Positions 12,771-23,204 of a stretch of DNA of 64,000 nucleotides are shown here, piece by piece. The notes beneath the pieces are model-generated. The model was not told where the DNA came from. It made no database searches and was given only the letters and a program-made list of their open reading frames with translations. The DNA is from Eledone cirrhosa. Taxonomy: Eukaryota. Numbering within the stretch: position 1 is the stretch's first letter; each line of letters opens with the position of its first letter. The position numbers and the translations under genes were made by a program. The stretch covers positions 46,810,001-46,874,000 of the forward strand of contig OZ024753.1 of NCBI GenBank assembly GCA_964016885.1, written 5' to 3'.

Positions 12771-13405
12771 GCCACTTTTATCTCCCTTTTCATGAGTTAC
12801 ATCCCTCACCTTCACTTTTTACTTCGGTAATCTCTTTTTTCATGAGTTACCTTCCTTACATTTACTTTTCTCATTGACTTTATGAGTTATCTCCATTATC
12901 TCCCATAACTTGAATTTTTTTTCTTTGACTTCAGTTATCTCCTTTTTCGTGAATTACCATGACTTTTTCCCGCGTTTTCAATTATCTCTTTTCTTATGAG
13001 TTACCTCCCTTAGATTGACTTTTTCATAGTTACCTCTCTACTTTGACTTCAGTTTTCTCCTTTTTAATGAGTTACCTGCCTTACCTTGACTTCTGTTGTC
13101 TCCTTGTTCGTGAGTTATCTCACTTACCTTGACTTTTTTCTTTGACTTCATTTATCTCCGTTTTCATAATTTACTTCCTATACCTTGACTTTTCCGATGT
13201 CTTTAGTTATCTCCCTTCTCAGAAATTAACTTCCTTACCTTAACGTTTTCCATTGTCTTATCTCCATTCTTATGAGTTACCTCCCTTACCTTCACTTTTT
13301 CCCTTGTCTTCAATTATCTCCCTTTTTATGAGTTACCTCCCTGATCTTGACTTTTACGTGATTTACCTCCTTTACCTTCACTTTTTTCTTTGACTTCAGT
13401 TATCT
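12771..13405. repeat. Pyrimidine-rich ~57-bp minisatellite nested in the 71-bp satellite
   Basis: Recurring ttatctcc(c)tttttcatgagttacctcccttaccttgacttttt unit. Confidence 0.8.
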
Positions 13406-13580
13406 CATTAATTCGAAGGAAATAGTACATTATATGCAATATTAAATACAAAAATGGCTTCTACAGGACTAATACTCATCAATATGAATGGTATTAGTAG
13501 ATTATATGCCATATTTAATACAGAAATGGCTTCTAAATGCAGAGAAGTCATTTATTCGATGGAAATAGTAGTGTATACTT
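13406..13580. repeat. Resumption of the 71-bp satellite (~2.5 copies)
   Basis: ctcattaattcgaaggaaatagtacattatatgcaat...aatacagaaatggcttct. Confidence 0.85.
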
Positions 13581-13690
13581 TTATCTCAATATTTCAATGG
13601 TAGACATAGTTTTAATGTAATTTAACAACCGAAAATGGGCGTATGCCACCCTCTTTCTTCCTGAGAGCGGTGAGGCTGGCCGAAAAAAAG

Positions 13691-14048
13691 TCAGGCACCT
13701 CTAACAAAATACACCCCCGTCCCACTACCCCCACCCCATCCACACCACCCCTTTCAATGTAAAGTTATGTTGGTACCACAACATCCAGCTCGAAACAAAT
13801 GAGGTCGTGTAGGTGTCACGACAAAAGCACACACAGTCCACGCTGTAATGTGGCCGTGTAGGTAACACGGTTAAAACCTCCCAGTTCCACACTGTAAATG
13901 TGGTTGGTGTTAGAAAGGGCATCCAGCCGTAGAAAACCCGCCAGACAGTCCTATGCGAGCAAGACAACCACTCTTGCCTCAAGTGGGAAAACTCCCGTCC
14001 AAACCCATGCGAGCGTGGAATATGGACGTTAAACAAAGATGATGATGA
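13691..14048 (+). mobile_element. RTE 3'UTR fragment
   Basis: Highly similar to 8063-8420 and 29232-29587; ends in gatgatgatg. Confidence 0.88.
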
Positions 14049-14634
14049 TACATATATACATATACATACATATACATACATACACATACATATATATATA
14101 TACATACACATACATACACACATACATATACATATATATACATACACACACATATATACATATACACACACATATATACACATACACACACACATACATA
14201 CACACATACATACATACATACATACATATATACATACATATACATTAGTATTCACATATACATATATATACCAGTACCCATACATATATATATCAGTATT
14301 TATACATATATACATATATATAGTACTCATACATACACATACATATGCATATCAGTCTTTATACACACACACATATACATACATATATATATCAGTACCC
14401 ATACATATACACATACCTAGTATTTATACATATACACATATACACAGTATTTATACATATATATATATACCAGTACCTATACATATACACATACACAGTA
14501 CTTATACACATACATATATATATATACATATCAGTCCCCATACACAGACATATACATATATATACCAGTACTCACACATACACATACATATCAGTACTTA
14601 TACATTAATACTTATATATCAGTATTTAAACATG

Positions 14635-14678
<44 letters not shown>

Positions 14679-14958
14679 AGTACTCATACATACACACATA
14701 TATCAGTATTTATACATTAGTATTCATATATTAGTACTTAAACATACATACATATATATACCAGTACTCATACACATATACATATATATCAGTACTTATA
14801 CACATACACACATATCAGTACTCATACATATACACGTATATATATCAGTACCTATATACACATACACATATACATATATATACATACACATATCAGTACT
14901 TATACATACATACATATATATATACCAGCACTTATACATACACATATATATCAGTACT

Positions 14959-15000
<42 letters not shown>

Positions 15001-15050
15001 AGTACTTACACACACACATATATATATATACATATACATCAGTATATATA
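14049..15050. repeat. Compound TA/CA microsatellite punctuated by cagta(c/t)
   Basis: Visible low-complexity tract; source of the MYVC/HIYI pseudo-ORFs. Confidence 0.9.
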
Positions 15051-15302
15051 TTATTTCATATTACTCAGCTGTAGAAAAGAGATGACAGGACCGGGGCCCC
15101 CACCACCCGACCGAAAAGTGGTCGTGGAGGCGCCACGGCAAAAAAGCACCCAGCCCACACTGTAAAGTTGACGTGGAGGTGCCACGGAAAAAAAAAGCAC
15201 CCAGCACTCACTGCAAACGGGGTTGGCGCCAAGAAGGGCACCCAGCTGTAGAAACCAATCCAGAATCAGCTCCCATCCCACCCTTGCAAGCATGGAAAAC
15301 GT
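15051..15302 (+). mobile_element. SINE body plus RTE-type 3' tail; 15100 onward is homologous to the array unit end
   Basis: ttactcagctgtagaaaagagatga matches the SINE at 19929-20279; gtggtcgtggaggcgcc...gcaagcatggaaaa matches 21110-21310. Confidence 0.75.
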
Positions 15303-15314
15303 ATGTACACATAT

Positions 15315-15784
15315 CTATCTATCTCTCTAAGGCGGGTAAAATTCCCGAGATCCATGGACGAGTTCTCTCCAGCGGTCTCTGTCCCTCATTATCGCTGCCA
15401 TGTCCTGCATCTCCAACAGACCAGTGTCTGTCCTTAGGGCATCAACATACGTTAACCTTGGTCTTCCTCTTCTAGTGTGTCCATGTAGGGGTTCCCAAAG
15501 GAGTACTGAGTGCAATGTCAACTCTGGATGTCGGTGAGCATGTCCAACTAACCTCAGTCTCCTCTGTGTCACTTTTGAGCAGACTTTTGGGATGCTCCCA
15601 TACAGCTCTGAGTTTTTCATCCTCAGTGTATACTGATTAATGTTCAGAGCCATCCTCAGCATTCTCGTGTAGCACCCATCCACCATTTGAGTGAGTTTCT
15701 TGGTCAGTGTCCAAGTCTCAAACCCATGCAGCAGCACAGACTCCACTACAGCAATGAAGAGGCGGATTTTCAGGTTTCTACGAG
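15315..15784 (-). mobile_element. 5'-truncated LINE (RTE/RTEX-like C-terminus) with 12-bp TSD
   Basis: LKIRLFIAVVESVLLHGFETW...RRLRLVGH...RGRPRLTYVD...MRDRDRWRELV; (TAGA)n-like tail; flanked by atgtacacatat at 15303-15314 and 15785-15796. Confidence 0.85.
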
Positions 15785-16281
15785 ATGTACACATATATAT
15801 CAGTGTACATATATATATATACATATATATATATATAAATGAATATTTATTCAATTTAAAGTGCCAATTATCTATATATAACAAGATATGAATTTTTCTA
15901 GGGATGGGGAAATTTTCAGTTTGTTTTTATATTTTCACTTCATTTTTTACTTTCTATTTAATACAGTCTTTGATCCAATATAATCCTGACAGTATTTGAA
16001 CCAGTTTACCTCATATATATGTATGCACACACAACACTCAAGTTTCGCCATCTACTGCTATTTCATTCATATTTATTGTTTAATTAACTCTGGTCTAATT
16101 CATCAACTATTGTTAATTATATTATTACGTAGATTTCTTATAAAATCTAGTGCATATATACGTGTATATATACAGGGAGACACTGTAATAGATGTAAAGA
16201 GAGTGGGAGATAGAGTTATAGAAGTAAAGAGAGGGGGAGAAATAAGTGGTAGATAGAGTAATAGATGTAAAGAGAGGGTTA

Positions 16282-16458
16282 GAACGTTCAACTTGACAGT
16301 CAGTACAATGTTCAGCATGGTAGCCAGTACATATGCCAACTACCCAACCGGCCAGCCAGCCGCATATGCGGTTGACTGGCCAGTTGGGCGGTTGGCATGT
16401 GGAACGTTCAACTACGCAGTCAGTACCAAAGTTCAACATTGTAGCCAGTGCATATGCC
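16282..16458. repeat. 72-bp imperfect palindrome (16330-16401) between ~57-bp direct repeats; present in all 7 units
   Basis: catatgccaactacccaaccggccagccagccgcat|atgcggttgactggccagttgggcggttggcatgtg, 30 of 36 positions pair. Direct repeats gaacgttcaact...cagtcagtac...gtagccagt.catatgcc at 16282-16337 and 16402-16458. Confidence 0.88.
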
Positions 16459-16504
16459 GATCGCCGCGCCCTCTTTGCTCTATTTTAATGACCTGGAACT
16501 AAGT

Positions 16505-16620
16505 AAAAAGAGTAGGAGATAACTCGACAAGAGCGGAGAGGGTGAGATTCGAACCATGTAAAGTCGTTGGCTCCTGAAGTTCGTAAGCGGGGCTGCTACT
16601 GACTGAGCAGCGCCGGCAGC
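16505..16620 (-). promoter_or_regulatory. tRNA-like Pol III internal promoter candidate (A box + B box); present in all 7 units
   Basis: Minus strand: gccggcgcTGCTCAGTCAGTAGcag...catGGTTCGAATCtc, followed by a T5 run. It does not fold as a cloverleaf. Confidence 0.4.
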
Positions 16621-17653
16621 AAGGCAAATCGCGCATAAAATAACGCTTATATCGACAAAAAAAAAAAAAAAATTTCAATGTTGCACTCTTGTTTGTTGTT
16701 CTTTTATTTTACGTAAATATTTCGCTGCTCTAGCCTCTTATTTCCTATTAGATTACACTTAATTCCATTAAACATTCATTCTTAGTCTCGTGGTAAACTA
16801 TTTCATCTATATTTATATCGCTGTTACAGCCTTTTATTTCTACATCTATCACCTATAGCCACTGTTACGCCGGTAGTATAAGTAGCTTTATAACAAGAAA
16901 CGATGATATAACTCCACAAAATGTCTTCTTCAGCAAGACACTTCACTTCATATTGCTCCAGTACACCGAGTTACACATAGACAGATACATACATACATAC
17001 ACAGATAGAAATGAGAGGTAGATAGAGTAAAAGATTTAAAGAGAGTGTGAGAAGTACGAGTTAGATAGAGTAAAAGATTTAAAGAGAGTGTGAGAAGTAC
17101 GAGTTAGATAGTGTAAAAGATTTAAAGAGAGGGTGAGAGTGTGACACACATTTATCTGTCTATCTCTCTCTATTTTAACACCGGTCGTTATAATTAGTTT
17201 TATAACACCGCTATATTACCGACATGAAAGAGGTAAATAATTATTTCTTAAATGTTTAGAACATGTTTCTCTTGTCTTCTTAAATGTATAGAACATGTTT
17301 CTTATTTATATTCTTAACATAGCTAGGACCTTATCTCATTTACTGGTCTCTACTTTTAGGACTTTGCTGGTCCCATGTGCCCTCCATAAAGGCACTCTAG
17401 TCCCTTCTCTGAGCCCCCGTACTAATTACTACACATACGTATATATATTTATTTTAAGAAACCTTAATGACAAATAATATAAAGTGTTTGTAAAGTGGGG
17501 AAGAGTAGTTTTACGGTGGGGTTGTTATATAGATATCGTTTTTGCAGTGGGGTCGTGACTGGCGTATAATAATGAGTCACTGTTGATGTATATACAAATC
17601 ATGTTTTGGATATAAGTGAAGTTATTTAAGAGATTTAGTTGTTTTGTATACAT

Positions 17654-19290
17654 TCATAACGGTACGCGATGGGACCCACCCACAGCCCCGGCGGACAGAA
17701 TGGAAGGGAAGCCTGCAGCGTCCAAGCCACGCTTAATGACTTCGTTGAGGGCAGCATGGCGTGGATTGCGGCTGGCACTGTGGCGACAGGAAAGCGGGTG
17801 GAGGCCGAAAGAGTCCATGGTGGAACGGCAGCGACATTGGTGTGAGGCCGAGCCTCAGGGAAACGCCGATGCGCAAGCTATGGTTGTCTAGCTGCGTGCG
17901 AGTGGAGAAGGAGGGCAGGGCATGGAGCCAGGCCCCACTGTGGGGTTTGGAGGCTGCACGAAAACAAACAAGGCGGTGCTGGTCGAGCTGGCACGTGAGC
18001 CTGTCTGAGGCCAGGCTGCACTGGATGACATCCCAAGTGTGTTGGGGGGGACTTGACGTCAACAGGGGGAGAAGGAGGAGGAACGTCTACTGGGCTAAGT
18101 CCCAGCCGGTCTCACGTCTCACAGGCGGCCACGCGTTCTCTGAACACAGAGGGTTCTGTTGTGTTTTGAAGAACCCTGCTGAGGAGGACGTGGTACGAGG
18201 TTACCGACGAAAGATACGCCGGCAAAGCTAGTGAGATCGGGGACTGGAGGCGAAGGCCGCCATACCTGACAGGTAAAGTTGCATATCTCATCGGCTGCTG
18301 CTCGGATACAAGTTTAGGTGTAGCACAGAGTGTATAGAGGAGCTTCGGCATGGCGTAGCAGTTCCTCAGCAAAAAGAGAACTGGGTGGCCATCAATCAAG
18401 CCCAGTCGGTTCGTGAGAGTCTGGACTTGATGGTGGAGCGGATGGCCGGCGGGTGGAGCGGTGAGGGCATCCTCTTTGGGGGTCACCTGAACCTGGCGGA
18501 GAATGGACCGCATGTCCAAGACGGAGACTGCAAAGCTTGCAGCATCGAGGCTGACATTCACCACCTCCGACTTGGCTGAGTTGACCTGGAGGTCGATTCC
18601 CGCCAGGGCAGGAACCACCAATTGAAGGTCATGGCAGACCGCCTGTACGGGCCCACCCAAAGTAGCATCATCCAGATACCAAACGTTGAGAGGGGCCGTT
18701 ATACTCCGGGCGATGTGGTCAATACCAAGGGTGAACAGGAGGGGTCCCAAAGGGTTGCCCTGTTGGATCCCAGTAGCCAAGGGTATGACCGTATCAGCAG
18801 CATGGCGCATGCTTGGGACTCCATATGACAGGTAGGCAGAGGGGGCTCGGCTGAGGCAGGCCTCGAGCAGATGATCCCAGCGTAAAGAGTTGAAGGCATT
18901 CCTCATGTCAAACTTGACAATGAGGTGGCTGGAGGCCCTGGATGCCGGTTCCGAGTGTTACGGACTTGCAGATTACCTTGGCAGCCAGCCTCCGGAAGAC
19001 ATTGCCCACAGCAATGGGGCGTATGCCATCCTCTTTCTTCCTGAGAGCGGTGAGGCTGGCCGAAAAAAAGAGGCCTCGAGCATAAGAGTCCAGGGCGCCA
19101 TGGATGAGCCTATTGGTGAGCGCCACAATTGCACTCAGAAGGCGGCGCCCGGCCTCAGCGGAGAGGGGAGATATCAACTCCTTGAGGAGGCCTGGTCAGA
19201 GACCATCAACATCTCCGCAGCTGCTAGCTGGGATGGACCTGATGGCGGACATGATGTCTGCATCAGAAGCCACAAGGAGCAAGTGTGGAT
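17654..19290 (-). mobile_element. CRE-clade (RLE) non-LTR retrotransposon remnant, unit 1 (endonuclease mostly deleted)
   Basis: GIRPIAVGNVFRRLAAKV, DMRNAFNSL, GIQQGNPLGPLLF, WYLDD, ATLPVRYGGL, PHSGAWLHALP; frameshifted. Confidence 0.85.
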
Positions 19291-19371
19291 TACAATACAA
19301 AACCTCTGAGAATGATTTCTAAGATATTTCACCATAATTAATTTTCATCAATATATATTAATATTATTATT

Positions 19372-19670
19372 GTTTATTAGGTCAGGTGGATTGGCCAGAA
19401 CAATTCTACTCTTCTTTTTTAGATGTCACGATTTTACATGGCATTCCTGAGATCATTAATCTCCAGCTGGAGATCCAGAGACATCTGATGTATGTAGGTG
19501 AACCTCAGTCATCCCACTTGGGTCTTATAATGTTTAGGTATCCACCACAGGAGCCAGCTCATCAGGTCATCCTACCCTCAGCAGCAACGTCCAGCATCTA
19601 TTGACTTCCGCTCCCTAGTTATTGTGGTAATCTTCGATATCTGGGAATATATTTCTTCTGCTTAAGGGAG
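19372..19670 (-). mobile_element. Old LINE 3'-end remnant (repeated in units 1-6)
   Basis: My minus-strand translation ITRERKSIDAGRCC*G*DDLMSWLLWWIPKHYKTQVG*LRFTYIHQMSLDLQLEINDLRNAM*NRDI*KRRV resembles the C-terminus encoded at 15327-15600. Confidence 0.65.
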
Positions 19671-19734
19671 TAATAAATATATAGTTTTAAAAAAAACATA
19701 TATATACACACATATATATATGTTGTCATTTATA

Positions 19735-19877
19735 AGAGTTCTCTATCAAAAGCCTTCTCTATGTCCAAAGCTAAGTATAGTGGCTTATTTTTCTCTAAGA
19801 ACCTCTTTTGTAGTTGTCTCACTAAGAAGAGGGCATCTGTTGCACTTTTCAGCGGCACAAAACCAAACTGCATCTCA
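19735..19877 (-). mobile_element. Short RTE RT fragment (complete in S units, cut at the L junction)
   Basis: EMQFGFVPLKSATDALFLVRQLQKRFLEKNKPLYLALDIEKAFDR; similar to 9590-9726. Confidence 0.85.
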
Positions 19878-19928
19878 TACACATACATACATATACATAC
19901 ATACATACATATACACATACATACATAC

Positions 19929-20279
19929 ATCATCATCATCATCATCATCATTTCGTTTTAAGTCCGCTTTTTCCCTGCTTGCAAGGGTGGGACGGGAACT
20001 GATTCTGGCTTGATTTCTACAGCTGGATGCCCTTCCTAACACCAACCTCATTTACAGTGAGTGCTGAGTGCTTTTTTGCCGTGGCACCTCCACGACCACT
20101 TTGCAGTGGAATGATATGGACCCCAGTCCCTATCATCTCATTTCTACAGCTGAGTAAACTGGAGCAATGTGAAATAAAGTGTCTTGCTCAAGGAAACAAC
20201 ACATCACCCGGTCTGAGAATTGAACTCACAACCTTTCGATTGCCAGGCCAATGCTCGAACCACTAAGCCATGTGCCTCC
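19929..20279 (-). mobile_element. Full-length tRNA-derived SINE with CORE-like body and RTE-type 3' tail (unit 1)
   Basis: Minus strand: ggaggcacaTGGCTTAGTGG (A box)...GAGTTCAATTC (B box)...ccttgagcaagacactt...ctcagctgtagaaatgag (CORE-like)...ggttggtgttaggaagggcatccagc...(GAT)n. Confidence 0.85.
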
Positions 20280-20777
20280 ATATACATATACATATACATA
20301 TACATACACATACATATACATACATATATATATACATACATACATATATACACATACATACATACACATACATACACATATACATACATATATATACATA
20401 CATACACATACATAGATATATATATATACATAATATAAATATACATACATACACATACATAAGCATATACACATAAGTATATATACATATACACACGTAT
20501 ATATACATATACATACATACATATATACATACATACACACATATACATACATATATACATATACACATACATACATATACATACATATACACATACATAC
20601 ATATATATATATACATACACACACATATATACATACACACACATATATACAAACACATACATATACACATATATACACATACATACACATACATATACAT
20701 ACATATACACATATACACTCATATATACATATACATACATACACACACATACATACATATATACATATACATACATA
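20280..20777. repeat. (TACA/TA/CA)n compound microsatellite (also ~45777-46270 and ~51715-52224)
   Basis: Visible low-complexity tract. Confidence 0.9.
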
Positions 20778-21326
20778 AAGACAAATCCACCTCATGGACG
20801 AGAATGCAAGGGCTCCTCCTCTTTGTTTCGGCCGCGGATGGCTAACCCTAACCCCATCCCCGCTCCCCACCGCTCCCAACCTCCAAACGCAATCCAAAAC
20901 TTCAGAGTTGGTACCATTAATGTAGGCACCTTATAGGGTGGCTCTAACGAGGTTGTAGAAATGCTTGAACGTAAGGAGGTCGATGTTTGTTGTATTCAAG
21001 AGACCAGGTGGAGGGGTGGGTCTGCTAGATTCATCGTGGGTAAAGAACGATGCTATAAGCTTTTCTGTGTGGCAAATGACAATGGGCTGGGTATACACAT
21101 ACCACCCCACCACCCCACCGCAAAGTGGTCGTGGAGGCGCCGCGGCAAAAAAACACCCAGCCCACACTGTAAAGCTGACGTGGAGGTGCCACGGAAAAAA
21201 AAAAAAGCACCCAGCACTCACTGCAAACGGGGTTGGCGTCAGGAAGGGCACCCAGCTGTAGAAACCAATCCAGAATCAGCTCCCACCCCACCCTTGCAAG
21301 CATGGAAAAGCGGACGTATGATGAAG
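20778..21326 (+). mobile_element. Internally deleted RTE derivative (endonuclease N-terminus fused to a 3'UTR); also ~46272-46817 and ~52226-52770
   Basis: [42 protein letters not shown]...[13 protein letters not shown], then directly the 3' tail ending gcaagcatggaaaagcggacgtatgatga. Confidence 0.8.
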
Positions 21327-23204
21327 TTGATATATATATATATATATATATATTAGTATATATATACACATATATATATACACACATATATATCAGTGTA
21401 CATATATATATACATATATATATATATATAAATGAATATTTATTCAATTTAAAGCGCCAATTATCTATATATAACAAGATATGAATTTTTCTAGGGATGG
21501 GGGAAATTTTCAGTTTGTTTTTATATTTTCACTTCATTTTTTACTTTCTATTTAATACAGTCTTTGATCCAATATAATCCTGACAGTATTTGAACCAGTT
21601 TACCTCATATATATGTATGCACACACAACACTCAAGTTTCGCCATCTACTGCTATTTCATTCATATTTATTGTTTAATTAACTCTGGTCTAATTCATCAA
21701 CTATTGTTAATTATATTATTACGTAGATTTCTTATAAAATCTAGTGCATATATACGTGTATATATACAGGGAGACACTGTAATAGATGTAAAGAGAGTGG
21801 GAGATAGAGTTATAGAAGTAAAGAGAGGGGGAGAAATAAGCGGTAGATAGAGTAATAGATGTAAAGAGAGGGTTAGAACGTTCAACTTGACAGTCAGTAC
21901 AATGTTCAGCATGATAGCCAGTACATATGCCAACTACCCAACCGGCCAGCCAGCCGCATATGCGGTTGACTGGCCAGTTGGGCGGTTGGTATGTGGAACG
22001 TTCAACTACGCAGTCAGTACCAAAGTTCAACATTGTAGCCAGTGCATATGCCGATCGCCGCGCCCTCTTTGCTCTATTTTAATGACCTGGAACCAAGTAA
22101 AAAGAGTAGGAGATAACTCGACAAGAGCGGAGAGGGTGAGATTCGAACCATGTAAAGTCGTTGGCTCCTGAAGTTCGTAAGCGGGGCTGCTACTGACTGA
22201 GCAGCGCCGGCAGCAAGGCAAATCGCGCATAAAATAACGCTTATATCGACAAAAAAAAAAAAAAAATTTCAATGTTGCACTCTTGTTTGTTGTTCTTTTA
22301 TTTTACGTAAACATTTCGCTGCTCTAGCCTCTTATTTCCTGTTAGATTACACTTAATTCCATTAAACATTCATTCTTAGTCTCGTGGTAAACTATTTCAT
22401 CTATATTTATATCGCTGTTACAGCCTTTTATTTCTACATCTATCACCTATAGCCACTGTTACGCCGGTAGTATAAGTAGCTTTATAACAAGAAACGATGA
22501 TATAACTCCACAAAATGTCTTCTTCAGCAAGACACTTCACTTCATATTGCTCCAGTACACCGAGTTACACACAGACAGATACATACATACATACACAGAT
22601 AGAAATGAGAGGTAGATAGAGTAAAAGATTTAAAGAGAGTGTGAGAAGTACGAGTTAGATAGTGTAAAAGATTTAAAGAGAGGGTGAGAGTGTGACACAC
22701 ATTTATCTGTCTATCTCTCTCTATTTTAACACCGGTCGTTATAATTAGTTTTATAACACCGCTATATTACCGACATGAAAGAGGTAAATAATTATTTCTT
22801 AAATGTTTAGAACATGTTTCTCTTGTCTTCTTAAATGTATAGAACATGTTTCTTATTTATATTCTTAACATAGCTAGGACCTTATCTCATTTACTGGTCT
22901 CTACTTTTAGGACTTTGCTGGTCGCATGTGCCCTCCATAAAGGCACTCTAGTCCCTTCTCTGAGGCCCCGTACTAATTACTACACATACGTATATATATT
23001 TATTTTAAGAAACCTTAATGACAAATAATATAAAGTGTTTGTAAAGTGGGGAAGAGTAGTTTTACGGTGGGGTTGTTATATAGATATCGTTTTTGCAGTG
23101 GGGTCGTGACTGGCGTATAATAATGAGTCACTGTTGATGTATATACAAATCATGTTTTGGATATAAGTGAAGTTATTTAAGAGATTTAGTTGTTTTGTAT
23201 ACAT

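Larger units (their letters stand above)
15837..21429. repeat. Array unit 1 (S type, with 368-bp deletion)
   Basis: Anchor-to-anchor alignment by eye; contains the S-specific block 19857-20987. Confidence 0.9.

Noticed and set aside
13725-15165. Long ORFs rich in Y/I/H/T/M/C/V (also 20204-20897, 26183-26925, 35901-36707, 45701-46390, 51639-52344, 57550-58358)
   Set aside because: They are translations of TA/CA micro- and minisatellites, which lack stop codons by composition.
15996-16256. Repeated 86-aa ORF (MNQFTSY...) as a tandem gene family
   Set aside because: It has a TTG start, runs through a GA-rich simple repeat, has no recognisable domain and is truncated in units 4 and 7; conservation reflects recent duplication.
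17244-17305. Two gaacatgttt p53-type half-sites
   Set aside because: They result from a ~32-bp tandem duplication and are too far apart for a canonical response element.
19386-19604. 72-aa plus-strand ORF after an AG acceptor-like site, as a possible exon
   Set aside because: The opposite strand is a decayed LINE C-terminus, and the ORF is broken in unit 6.
20200-20279. tRNA gene
   Set aside because: A and B boxes are present but there is no cloverleaf, and the sequence continues into a SINE body and tail.
20841-20856. ctaaccctaacccc telomere-like motif
   Set aside because: Only two units, inside an RTE leader; not an interstitial telomere array.
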